Assembly: GCA_000503915.1 (NCBI GenBank)
Contig: CP006915.1
Coordinates: forward strand, 30,001 to 62,000
Reading direction: 5' to 3'
Source of the DNA: Candidatus Saccharimonadota bacterium
GTDB lineage: Bacteria > Patescibacteriota > Saccharimonadia > Saccharimonadales > Saccharimonadaceae
Length of the DNA stretch: 32,000 nucleotides
Below are positions 10,594 through 19,139 of the stretch, one piece after another. Every line of letters begins with the position of its first letter. Positions within the stretch are counted from its first letter, which is position 1. The position numbers were made by a program, and so were the translations under genes. Below the pieces are notes generated by a model, which saw nothing but the letters and a program-made list of their open reading frames with translations, was not told the origin of the DNA and did no database searches.

Positions 10594-10622
10594 ATTGTAC
10601 CAATGCTTATACGCGGTGTCAA
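10594..10622 (-). promoter_or_regulatory. Consensus sigma-70-type promoter TTGACA-17-TACAAT with TGn
   Basis: Minus strand reads TTGACAccgcgtataagcatTGgTACAAT. -35 at 10617-10622, -10 at 10594-10599. Confidence 0.7.
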
Positions 10623-10640
10623 CGCGAAAAGGCTTAGTTT

Positions 10641-10670
10641 ACAGAGGTAGTAATATTTTTCCACCTCTGT
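10641..10670 (-). terminator. Hairpin downstream of mltG
   Basis: ACAGAGGT.G / C.ACCTCTGT stem (8 bp plus one more) with a 10-nt loop, 5 nt after the stop. The trailing T-run is weak. Confidence 0.45.
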
Positions 10671-10675
10671 TAAGG

Positions 10676-11806
10676 TTACAAAATTTTACACTTCTCCTGA
10701 CAGTGGTGCTCGATATTTGCCTCATGTTCGGTATTGGTGTGGGCAAAGTAGGTTTTACCGTCGTCACCACTGAGAAAATAGAGGTATTCCCCTTTTGCCG
10801 GATGTGCGACCGCGTAGAGTGCCGAAGCACCCGGCGAAGCGATTGGCCCGGGCGGTAGACCAGGGTATTTTCGCGTATTATAGGGGGAGTCAAGGTTGGG
10901 GCTACGTGCCTGACCGGTCTTATCGGCGATGTATTGATAGGTAACGTCCGAGCCAAGCGGCATGTCCTTCTTTAGCCGTAAGTAGAAAACCTGCGCCACC
11001 TGCTGTTGGTCGGCAGGCGAAGTAACCTCCCGTTGGATAATAGACGCAAGGGTAATTCCTTCATATAGTGTCAAGCCTTGCTTTTTATAGAGTGTAGCTA
11101 GATCGTCTTTTTTGACGATTGCACTAAACTCTTCAAAAGATCGTATAAGCACGTCCTGAGCGCTGGCATTAGCCGGAAATTCATACGTCTCACCATAGAT
11201 ATATCCCTCTAGATTGGCCGATGCCGGTTTGTCGGCAAATAGTGGCAGATCGTATGTCTTAGCAAAAGCTGCTGCGATAGCCGCTTCGCTAAAGCCGGCT
11301 TTTTTGAGTGCTTTTTCGTGCCCCTCAAGCGTATCACCAGGCAGAAACGTCACCGAAAACGTATCGACATCACCAGAGGTCAGTTGGCGGACGAGCTTTG
11401 GTACATCGTCGCCCTTGCTCAGGCGATATGGTCCCGCCTGGAGCTTATCTGCCACTTGGTGCAGGCGAACATACCAGTTGAAGGCTGCCTCACTGCGAAT
11501 CAACTGCTTATCCTTGAGAAGCGCAGCGATACCAGCAGGGCCGGTGCCCGCCTTAACCGTCACCGCTATTTTTTGATCGCTGCCGGGCGAAACCGCCTGT
11601 AACTGACTCGCATACCATAGCCATATCGCTCCAACAGTCACAATCGCCAGCACGAGGAGTGCCACCAAGCCGATAGCCATATACTTTAGCTTCGAGCGTC
11701 TCGCTGGCGCAGGAGACGGAGCTGGCAATACGGGTACCGGAAGCGGCTGACTAGCTGGCTGCTGCGACGACTGCGGCTTCGTGGGCGGCGTAATATCATT
11801 CATCAT
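10676..11806 (-). CDS. mltG: Endolytic murein transglycosylase MltG (YceG family)
   Basis: N-terminal TM helix, LASIIQREV (catalytic Glu region), YNTRKYPGLPPGPIASPG. The ATG overlaps the ruvX stop (ATGA). Confidence 0.92.
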   Translation of the reverse strand: MMNDITPPTKPQSSQQPASQPLPVPVLPAPSPAPARRSKLKYMAIGLVALLVLAIVTVGAIWLWYASQLQAVSPGSDQKIAVTVKAGTGPAGIAALLKDKQLIRSEAAFNWYVRLHQVADKLQAGPYRLSKGDDVPKLVRQLTSGDVDTFSVTFLPGDTLEGHEKALKKAGFSEAAIAAAFAKTYDLPLFADKPASANLEGYIYGETYEFPANASAQDVLIRSFEEFSAIVKKDDLATLYKKQGLTLYEGITLASIIQREVTSPADQQQVAQVFYLRLKKDMPLGSDVTYQYIADKTGQARSPNLDSPYNTRKYPGLPPGPIASPGASALYAVAHPAKGEYLYFLSGDDGKTYFAHTNTEHEANIEHHCQEKCKIL

Positions 11807-12210
11807 ACGCGCTGCTCCAGATAGTCCTGCAAGATAATGGTCGCCGCCTCGGCGTCAATATCACCTTTTGTATAGGCACCGCCGCGTTTTTTTAGCCGAT
11901 CTTCCGCTAGTACACTAGTCAGCGATTCGTCTTGGAACTCAAGATGTGGTGCCATATCTTTAAGATTTTCACTAAACGCTTCCACCAGGCGGCTCTGCGC
12001 CGTCGGCTCGCCCGCTTGATTGCGTGGATAGCCAACAACAATATGGCTAATGTTATTATCGATGACTAGACGGGCAATTTCTCTTAGTTCATTGCCGTCA
12101 ACATCGAGCGTACCGTAGGGAATGGCAATACGCACAATGTCGTCAGCCAATGCAACACCGATCCGTACTGTTCCTACATCGAGTCCTAAATACGCTTTAG
12201 TGTGTGTCAT
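11803..12210 (-). CDS. ruvX: Holliday-junction resolvase-like / pre-16S rRNA nuclease RuvX (YqgF)
   Basis: 135 aa. YLGLDVGTVRIGVALAD N-terminus and overall YqgF layout. Overlaps the upstream gene by 14 nt. Confidence 0.9.
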   Translation of the reverse strand: MTHTKAYLGLDVGTVRIGVALADDIVRIAIPYGTLDVDGNELREIARLVIDNNISHIVVGYPRNQAGEPTAQSRLVEAFSENLKDMAPHLEFQDESLTSVLAEDRLKKRGGAYTKGDIDAEAATIILQDYLEQRV

Positions 12211-13843
12211 TGACCTTGAATTCTACGGTTATTTTCTTCACGTCATCTGGCACGGTATTGAGCCAGAAAGGAAAGAATTTCACATCAACATTTTCGATGC
12301 CCTGAATATCCTGGAGAGCGCTTTGAATATCACCGAACTGTTTACCTTTTGATTGCGCTTTGATCGCCGTTTCATCGAGCTTCGGGCCTAGTTTTGCGGT
12401 TGCTATCAGCGTTAAGTCCGCCCCTGTTTTTGTACCTTTTACATCCTGGAAGTTGGCAGCGCTTGCTCCATTCTCGTAGATGCGCTGATCCGGACTATCT
12501 TTTAGATGATTCTTGAGGTAGGCATTGAGGTAGCCGTCCAACTCTTTTTTATTGACACCAAATAGGCTGTAGGTCACTGTACTGGTTAAGGTGGCCGACC
12601 CGGCGCTCGCATCGGCACCAACAGCCGGTGAGCTCTTGACGTCGCTATAGTCCTTCCTGAAGCTGTCATCAAGCACTTTCACGTCGCTATCAAATTTATT
12701 CTTCAGCTGCCCCTTCATACTGTCGGTAGTGTTTTTTACCAGTTGTTCTTTCGCCGTCTGAACATCAGCGGCGGTAACGACTTTAACGATATTGTCCGTA
12801 CCACCAGCGGTCGGCCCGTCGAAGCTGGCATTAACATCGCTCGGTGCTCCACTCAAGCTACCGGTCTCACTGTTATATTTTGCTCCCGCTTCGGCAGCCT
12901 TTACCCCACCAGAACCCTGACCAGACGATGGGCAGGTAATATTACCGCAGGGAAATGAGGCGGCGGGAACCGTGACTGACTCGGTCGTCACGAATACCAG
13001 ACCGCTTTCCGAGGTTAGTTTCGTACCGCTGCTGACAGTCTGCTGACTCAAACTATTATTTGTAAAGTTCACCGTCCCGGTGGCGGTGTTGCCAATATTT
13101 TTTTTACCGGTCGGGATAAAGTCGACTGATTTCTCCTCCGCTTCCGAGACCTTGATAGCCTTGAGGGTTCCCTTGGTGCTGTCTGTTGTCAAACCCGTCC
13201 CGGCCTTCACGGCTTCATTGACCGAAGAATCGGTCGTCTTGGCCGATACGATGACCGTGGCGTGTGGCGCAAAGACGATCGCCCAAACAAAAAATACAAT
13301 CAGGAGGGCGAGACCAGCGATACCGAGAATGAGTTTTTTCCGGAAGCTATTGAAGTTGGGTACTTTCACGCCCGATTTGACTTTAGGTTTCTTGACGGGA
13401 CTGGCGGTCGACGAAAGCGGCTCCGAAAGATCGATCGTCGCCAGCGACGGCGCGACGGCCACCGCTTCAGCCGAGGCTTCTTTGGATGACTGTTTGGCGT
13501 GCTCACCTATCGGTAATGAGCTACCATCGATAATATCGTCCTCATCGTCAACTTCCAGGGCAGTTACTTCTGGTACCTCTGGCTTGGATTGGAGGTTCTT
13601 TGCTACCGGTAGATTAGTAGAAGCTGCCAGGCTCATCAGGGCGCTGTTGTTGGTGATCAATACTAAACGTTTGTCGGCTTGCTTGGCTGCCCGTTCTAGG
13701 AGACGTAGGTTAACCGCACTCTGCAACACGCCGACGCGCTTGGGCGGCACCAGGGCGACAACTTTCTCTTTGGTTGCCTTGACCTTGCCGATGATGGCGG
13801 TGATGTCGTCTTCGACATCAATGTAGATTACCTCTTTATGCAT
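12197..13843 (-). CDS. Hypothetical bitopic membrane protein: cytoplasmic N-domain, one TM, extracytoplasmic baseplate-J-like region
   Basis: 548 aa with a TM around LILGIAGLALLIVFFVWAIVFAP. The segment ATGTVNFTNNS...GTKLTSESGLVFVTTESVTVPA resembles the baseplate J/gp47-like pattern (recalled, not searched). Starts 3 nt after the FtsA-like stop. Confidence 0.8.
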   Translation of the reverse strand: MHKEVIYIDVEDDITAIIGKVKATKEKVVALVPPKRVGVLQSAVNLRLLERAAKQADKRLVLITNNSALMSLAASTNLPVAKNLQSKPEVPEVTALEVDDEDDIIDGSSLPIGEHAKQSSKEASAEAVAVAPSLATIDLSEPLSSTASPVKKPKVKSGVKVPNFNSFRKKLILGIAGLALLIVFFVWAIVFAPHATVIVSAKTTDSSVNEAVKAGTGLTTDSTKGTLKAIKVSEAEEKSVDFIPTGKKNIGNTATGTVNFTNNSLSQQTVSSGTKLTSESGLVFVTTESVTVPAASFPCGNITCPSSGQGSGGVKAAEAGAKYNSETGSLSGAPSDVNASFDGPTAGGTDNIVKVVTAADVQTAKEQLVKNTTDSMKGQLKNKFDSDVKVLDDSFRKDYSDVKSSPAVGADASAGSATLTSTVTYSLFGVNKKELDGYLNAYLKNHLKDSPDQRIYENGASAANFQDVKGTKTGADLTLIATAKLGPKLDETAIKAQSKGKQFGDIQSALQDIQGIENVDVKFFPFWLNTVPDDVKKITVEFKVNDTH

Positions 13844-13846
13844 TGG

Positions 13847-15133
13847 CTAAATTCGTAAGATCCGGTTTAATTTTTCTTTCACGCTATCAGCGTCGTCACT
13901 CCCCATAATTGTATCATAGCCTACCCGGAGCAACCCCATGGCGGTGATAAAGGTGTGGTCGGTGGCTTTACCTGTCGTATCGTCAATACCCAAAACTTCG
14001 TGAGGCGAGATGTGATGGACGGTTGGCCGCTTCGTAAATGGTAATTCTTTATACCACTCGCGTTCCGACAATGCCTCCACTAGTTTTTTCAAGCTGGCGC
14101 CACCACCACAGAGTAGAATACGGTTTGGCAGATGGTCGACCGACTCAAACTCACCGAGTGCCAGTTCGACGCCAGACAGCCAGACATCGAGCGTCTTGTC
14201 GATCGCTGCTTCCGCCTGATGTTTGACCGCAGCCTTGATTTGTTCGTGGTCAAGGTGGACTTTTAGTTTCTCGGCATCGTTGTATGTCAGATCCATTTCA
14301 CTGGCAATGGTGCGCGTAAAACTGCGACCGCCGATACCGAACATGCGCGTACCTTCAACGCCACCATCATTGACGACAGCAATATCCGTCGTACCGCCAC
14401 CAACATCAGCTAAGATAGCCGTAAACGTACTACTGGCATCGTTACCAAGCACACTTCTGGAAACGGCAAATGGCTCCGCAGCGACAGCAACAAGTTCGAG
14501 CGCTAGCTCGTCGGCGACGCGCTCCAATGCACCGATGTGTACCATTGGCGCAAAAGCCGTATAGATCTGTACGGCCACATCTTTTCCTTGAAAACCGATC
14601 GGGTTTGAGACCTTATAGCCATCAATATGAATACTGACGAGTGCCGAGTTGACAAGCTTGATCTCAACTTCTTCGTTGCCGGTTTCAAGTGCAATTTGCT
14701 TCTGCGCTTTGGCCTGGGCGCGCTCCTGGACTTTCTCGATGATAAATTCCATTTCGCTGACGTCGAGTGGCCGGTCGGGTTGTGGACGACGATAGCGAAT
14801 CGTATTCGTCAAACCTTTGACCAACTCACCAGCGATACCAATCACCACACGCTTGGCCTGCAAACCAGCTTGATCCTCCGCTTCGGTTAAGGCTTCTTCG
14901 CAGTTCTGAACAACACCAGCAATATCAGCGATGGCACCAGAGTGCATGTCACTAATATTTTGGCGTTTGCGGCCGACGCCGACGATTTTTAGCTGGTCAC
15001 CCTCAATGCGAGCGATCAGAGCTTTGACGAATTCTGTTCCGATGTCGAGCGCGACGATATGTTGTTTGTCTTCCGACTCTTGGCGAGCCTGGCGTAACTG
15101 ACGTAATTTTTCTAAAACCATAAGTGCTTCCAT
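13847..15133 (-). CDS. Actin-fold ATPase of the FtsA/PilM family
   Basis: Phosphate-1 ALDIGTEFVK, phosphate-2 DVGGGTTDIAV, adenosine motif LCGGGASL. An alternative leaderless start is the ATG at 15121, since TATAAT at 15132-15137 overlaps the ATG at 15133. Confidence 0.8.
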   Translation of the reverse strand: MEALMVLEKLRQLRQARQESEDKQHIVALDIGTEFVKALIARIEGDQLKIVGVGRKRQNISDMHSGAIADIAGVVQNCEEALTEAEDQAGLQAKRVVIGIAGELVKGLTNTIRYRRPQPDRPLDVSEMEFIIEKVQERAQAKAQKQIALETGNEEVEIKLVNSALVSIHIDGYKVSNPIGFQGKDVAVQIYTAFAPMVHIGALERVADELALELVAVAAEPFAVSRSVLGNDASSTFTAILADVGGGTTDIAVVNDGGVEGTRMFGIGGRSFTRTIASEMDLTYNDAEKLKVHLDHEQIKAAVKHQAEAAIDKTLDVWLSGVELALGEFESVDHLPNRILLCGGGASLKKLVEALSEREWYKELPFTKRPTVHHISPHEVLGIDDTTGKATDHTFITAMGLLRVGYDTIMGSDDADSVKEKLNRILRI

Positions 15134-15172
15134 TATACTACTTGTTGAATATTTTAGGCAGCCTTCTTCCTA

Positions 15173-15201
15173 TTGCATTACCATAAATAATATGATATAA
15201 T
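15173..15201 (+). promoter_or_regulatory. Promoter TTGCAT-17-TGaTATAAT for the acidic orphan gene; predicted leaderless
   Basis: -35 at 15173-15178, -10 at 15196-15201. 10 nt to the ATG at 15212. No SD. Confidence 0.65.
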
Positions 15202-15211
15202 TGAGCTTGAT

Positions 15212-16177
15212 ATGTCTCATGATTTTGATGCACCGGCTTCCTCGCGCGAAACAGATCTTTTGCGTCTAGAGCTTGGTGATGACGTCAGACAATTTCTCGA
15301 TACCGTTGAGCAAAACGGCTTCGACAGAGATGAAGCGACCTACACCTTTACTGACCAGGACTTTTTGGCACATACCTGGCTACCTATCGACCTTGCCAGC
15401 CTAGTGGCGACAAATAACACGGCTATGAAACGGATTGATGTCAGTTATAGCAACGAGCCAGGTCAAGCACGACCGGGTACAGCCGTGGTACTCTACCTAG
15501 AAAACGGCGAACGGATCACCCTCACCAAACAAGCTGGTGATCCAGCGAAAAGCGATTTTGGGTTTGACTACACCGACGCCGAAGACACGCTCGAGCCGAT
15601 CACACGAAGTGACGTCATGCGGCTTATTACCTCCCTGCTATCCCCTGACATGTCCCAGGAACGAGCCACTATGTCGTACATTCTTGCTGAAAAGAAAGAT
15701 GAAAACGACCTCGACCCCACCCACCCCTACTTGGCTCTCCTTATCACGCAACTTCTGCCCCAGCGAGCCGATACCTGGAAACGAGAAGAAAGCGTTGAAC
15801 TACCAATTGAAGACGACCGAGACTCTCTAAAAGTCGTAAAAATGACCGGAACCGAACAGAGTGTAGCAAAAGTAAGCTTTATTCAGGAAGGATCAGAAAT
15901 ATCACCTGAGAGCTATTTTGAAGCAACCGCTACCCAGGATATCGATAGCCCCGAAGCGTACGTCAGTTTTGAACGAGCGTGGTCGATGGATCAAGCGCCC
16001 GAATTCGGCGATGCCGAACAGCAAGTGCATGTCTACGACTTCATGAGGACGGTCGTCAGATTGGCTGAAAAAGCTATCGGTACCTCCTCCCCCCTCTCTT
16101 CCTACGAGATGGAAGCCGCTCGAATCTTGCGAAAAGAAGCTCGAGAAGAAAAAGCTGACGAAGAAGATTTAGACTAA
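15212..16177 (+). CDS. Hypothetical, strongly acidic cytoplasmic protein (321 aa)
   Basis: Long ORF with its own strong promoter, no TM segment, D/E-rich, ending EEKADEEDLD. I recognise no motif. The 3' end overlaps alaS by 9 nt. Confidence 0.7.
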   Translation: MSHDFDAPASSRETDLLRLELGDDVRQFLDTVEQNGFDRDEATYTFTDQDFLAHTWLPIDLASLVATNNTAMKRIDVSYSNEPGQARPGTAVVLYLENGERITLTKQAGDPAKSDFGFDYTDAEDTLEPITRSDVMRLITSLLSPDMSQERATMSYILAEKKDENDLDPTHPYLALLITQLLPQRADTWKREESVELPIEDDRDSLKVVKMTGTEQSVAKVSFIQEGSEISPESYFEATATQDIDSPEAYVSFERAWSMDQAPEFGDAEQQVHVYDFMRTVVRLAEKAIGTSSPLSSYEMEAARILRKEAREEKADEEDLD

Positions 16178-18166
16178 GACTGCTTTAATCCGGCGAATAC
16201 CGGCGCTGGAGGCTTCTTCTTTTAGAATCTTGAATTTTTTGCCATCTTCGAACAGTTGTAAAGTGTGATCGACATGCGGACCGCCGCAGATTTCAAAGCT
16301 AAATGGTTTGTCTTCACCGTCCGCAATCATCTTGTAGACTTTTACTGTCTCGCCGTAGCGATCACCAAACTGACCAAGTGCACCCATTTCCTCACGGGCG
16401 ACTTGCGTCGGATATTCCGCAAAGTTGACTTTTAGATCTTTTGCGATCTGCTCGTTGACGATTCTCTCGACTTCATCAAGCTGCTCACGAGTGACTTTTT
16501 CCGGGTGCGAGAAGTCGAAACGCAGACGTTCTTCCGTGATGTTGCTACCCCGCTGCACCACGTGATCGCCCAGCACGTCACGCAGTGCCTGGTACATCAA
16601 GTGTGTCGCGGTGTGGTATTTCTTGTGTTGCAATGTCTGCCCGCCGAGGCCGCCCTTGAAGGTACCTTTGGCTGCAGTTTGTGAACGCTCTCTTTGCTCC
16701 TGCATCTTTTTATCAAACTCTTCTTTTATCTGAGAGCTATTCCAGGGTATTTTAGCGAAATATCCTAAATTTTCTAACTTACTAAGCTCTTCATATAGAA
16801 CTTCAAGTCCAAGTTCATAGGGGTATCCATGAGTATCATAAAGCGTAAATAATAATCCACCAAAATATTCTGAGCCAGGGATAGTAAAGTCACCGCCATG
16901 TGTTTTCGGATCATTAATTATGACTTTAGTTTTCTCAAAGACTATCTCTAGTTCTCTGCGAAGATAATGTGATCCTTTACGCAGCGTCTGGCGGAAGACT
17001 TTTTCTTCTTTTACCAGCACTGCAATAACTTCCTCGCGCTTTTCAGCCACTTCCGGAAAGTCATCATGATAGAGATCGGCGATCACTGGCACGATTTCTT
17101 CCATAAAGTTCTGCTCGACACCGAGTTCAAAGGCAAAGCGAATCGCACGGCGCAGCAAGCGGCGCATGACATAACCCTGCTCTTTATTGCTCGGTACGCA
17201 GCCGTCAACCGCCAGGAAGGTAGCAGCGCGTAGGTGATCGGCAATCACGCGCATAGCATTCGTGTGCGAGTCGTACGTCTTGCCGCTGAGCTTTTCGAGT
17301 TTCTCGATGATCGGCCACATTAGGCTGATTTTGAAAACATCCGGGTCGTTTAACTTCGCAGCAGCGATACGCTCCAGACCGGAACCGTGGTCGATATTCT
17401 TTTGCTCAAGTTCTTCAAACTTTCCTTCCGCGACTTTGCGATACGCCATGAAGACGTTGTTGCCGATTTCCATGAAGCGGCCACAGTCACAGTTCGGGTG
17501 GCAGTACTCACCGTACTCAGGGTTGTGCGGCGTCTCGAAATCATAAAACATTTCACTGTCCGGGCCGCACGGGTCGCCGACTGGCGTGTTCTCTTCGTTA
17601 CCGTTACGACTCCACCAGTTTTTACTACCATCGTAGTAAAAGATCCGTTCGCCGTCTTTAATTCCTCGCACGTAGCCGGCTTCTTCCGAACCGATTTCAG
17701 CCACGTCGTTTGAAAGGCCGGCTTTTTCAAATAAGCCTTGCCAGACTTTCGCCGCTTCTTCGTCTTTCGGTATATCGTATTTTTCGTTGCCACCGTAGCA
17801 GGTCACGTAAATCTTGCTCATGTCGAGCTTCACAATGTCGGAGAGAAACTCCCACATCCAGTCGATCTGCTGCTGCTTGAAATAGTCGCCCATGCTCCAG
17901 TTGCCGAGCATCTCAAAAAATGTCGTGTGGCGATTGTCGCCAATGTCATCGATATCCTGAGCACGCAAACACGTCTGCGAGTCAACAATTCGCCTCCCTT
18001 CTGGGTGTGGCTCACCGAGCAGGTACGGAATCATCGGCTGCATACCGGAGCCGGTGAACAATGTCGTAGGGTCGTCTTTTAAGACCAAGGGCGCGCGTTT
18101 GATTTGTACGTGTCCCCGGTCTTCAAAGAATTTCAAATAAGCATTACGGATTTCATGAGCATTCAT
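16169..18166 (-). CDS. alaS: Alanine--tRNA ligase, short form (editing domain present, C-Ala domain absent)
   Basis: N-terminus EIRNAYLKFFEDRGH, LYDTHGYP, editing-site HTATHL and CGGPHV. 665 aa versus about 875 in E. coli. Confidence 0.95.
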   Translation of the reverse strand: MNAHEIRNAYLKFFEDRGHVQIKRAPLVLKDDPTTLFTGSGMQPMIPYLLGEPHPEGRRIVDSQTCLRAQDIDDIGDNRHTTFFEMLGNWSMGDYFKQQQIDWMWEFLSDIVKLDMSKIYVTCYGGNEKYDIPKDEEAAKVWQGLFEKAGLSNDVAEIGSEEAGYVRGIKDGERIFYYDGSKNWWSRNGNEENTPVGDPCGPDSEMFYDFETPHNPEYGEYCHPNCDCGRFMEIGNNVFMAYRKVAEGKFEELEQKNIDHGSGLERIAAAKLNDPDVFKISLMWPIIEKLEKLSGKTYDSHTNAMRVIADHLRAATFLAVDGCVPSNKEQGYVMRRLLRRAIRFAFELGVEQNFMEEIVPVIADLYHDDFPEVAEKREEVIAVLVKEEKVFRQTLRKGSHYLRRELEIVFEKTKVIINDPKTHGGDFTIPGSEYFGGLLFTLYDTHGYPYELGLEVLYEELSKLENLGYFAKIPWNSSQIKEEFDKKMQEQRERSQTAAKGTFKGGLGGQTLQHKKYHTATHLMYQALRDVLGDHVVQRGSNITEERLRFDFSHPEKVTREQLDEVERIVNEQIAKDLKVNFAEYPTQVAREEMGALGQFGDRYGETVKVYKMIADGEDKPFSFEICGGPHVDHTLQLFEDGKKFKILKEEASSAGIRRIKAVLV

Positions 18167-18174
18167 CTCTGTAA

Positions 18175-18183
18175 ATTATAGCA
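18175..18183 (-). promoter_or_regulatory. Extended -10 promoter (TGcTATAAT) for alaS; predicted leaderless
   Basis: 8 nt to the ATG at 18166. No SD. Confidence 0.55.
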
Positions 18184-18200
18184 GAAGTTCCTGTCGGATA

Positions 18201-18692
18201 TTATAGGCAGTTTGTGATTGGAAAATATTCATTGATACCTGCTCCGCTCTCCTTGAAATATCCTATGCGTGCATTTGGTGTTGCCGGCAAAGAGCCTGAA
18301 CCTTGGTTGTAGCAATAATAAAAATACACCCGGTTTGAAGGATCTGGGCCATTCGCCGGATAGGCTAAGTTATTCGTAGGGTCGAGTGGTACATTTCCGA
18401 ATTCATTTTTCAAAAATGCCAGCCAGTTCGCGTCCGTGCTCACATCCCAGCCGCCATGGCTGCTTCCACTTGAGTTGTACGAAGACACTTTTTTCACTCC
18501 GCCGTACGCTGCATCGTACGTCAACAGCGCCTTCTTAATTGTCGCTAAGTCCTGGCTCCGTATGGAATCTCGAGCACGCTGTTGGATACCGTTGTATGCC
18601 ACGATTGTGATGGCGGCGAGAATTGCAATCACCACGATGACAATGAGAAGTTCTACAATCGTGAAACCCTTATGCCTTTGACCCGCTAGCAT
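18201..18692 (-). CDS. Type IV pilin / pseudopilin (prepilin N-terminal cleavage-methylation domain)
   Basis: MLAGQRHK|GFTIVELLIVIVVIAILAAITIVAYNG, with a C-terminal Cys pair. AGGA lies 10 nt upstream of the ATG. Confidence 0.9.
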   Translation of the reverse strand: MLAGQRHKGFTIVELLIVIVVIAILAAITIVAYNGIQQRARDSIRSQDLATIKKALLTYDAAYGGVKKVSSYNSSGSSHGGWDVSTDANWLAFLKNEFGNVPLDPTNNLAYPANGPDPSNRVYFYYCYNQGSGSLPATPNARIGYFKESGAGINEYFPITNCL

Positions 18693-18707
18693 ATAAAGTT
18701 TCCTAGC

Positions 18708-19133
18708 CTAGCAGACAGGAACACCGGTGCCCCACCAGCCTGTATTTACGTTTACACCGGTTTTGCAGTTTGGTTTCGACAGATAGTCAATCAAAATGGC
18801 ATACGACGGCTCTGTCCCCGACCCCCGCACATAGTTTAATGTTGTTGGCGTAGAGGGCATTGTATCGAGATAGCTCGGGACGAGATAGGTGGCAAGGTTT
18901 GAAACATTGCAGCCAGCGTTATCAGCCCCGCAAGCGGGCGGATAGACACCCTTTTCTGCCAAGTATATTTCGAGCGATCCTTTCAAATGAAAAATCGCCG
19001 AATCAAGCTGTGAATCCTTAGCCCTGTTCTGCGTACCGTTATAGGCGACGATTGTGATCGACGCGAGAATAGCGATCACGACAATGACGATCAATAATTC
19101 GACGATAGTGAAGCCGCGCGAAAGTCTGGTCAT
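18708..19133 (-). CDS. Type IV pilin / pseudopilin
   Basis: MTRLSR|GFTIVELLIVIVVIAILASITIVAYNG, with two Cys pairs in the C-terminal half. Confidence 0.9.
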   Translation of the reverse strand: MTRLSRGFTIVELLIVIVVIAILASITIVAYNGTQNRAKDSQLDSAIFHLKGSLEIYLAEKGVYPPACGADNAGCNVSNLATYLVPSYLDTMPSTPTTLNYVRGSGTEPSYAILIDYLSKPNCKTGVNVNTGWWGTGVPVC

Positions 19134-19139
19134 GGCCTA

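Noticed and set aside
10367-10603. 78-aa Cys-rich ORF in the hydrolase leader.
   Set aside because: Its ATG (10603) lies upstream of the -10 box (10594-10599), so it is not on the predicted transcript, and it has no SD. I kept only the shorter internal uORF as an alternative explanation in the leader finding.
13080-13826. Long opposite-strand ORFs: 13080-13826(+), 30455-31174(+), 6261-6779(-), 17350-17793(-), and many ORFs of 60-170 aa inside uvrA, alaS, metG and others.
   Set aside because: Each lies wholly inside a gene with clear family motifs or a better coding signal on the other strand or frame. They are Arg/Ser/Ala/Thr-rich shadow-frame translations with no SD or promoter.
15169-15177. 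CCTATTGCA, identical to the first 9 nt of the hairpin repeat, as a possible third REP copy.
   Set aside because: There is no palindromic partner (it continues ..TTACCATAA). The TTGCAT within it is better explained as the -35 box of the 15212 promoter.
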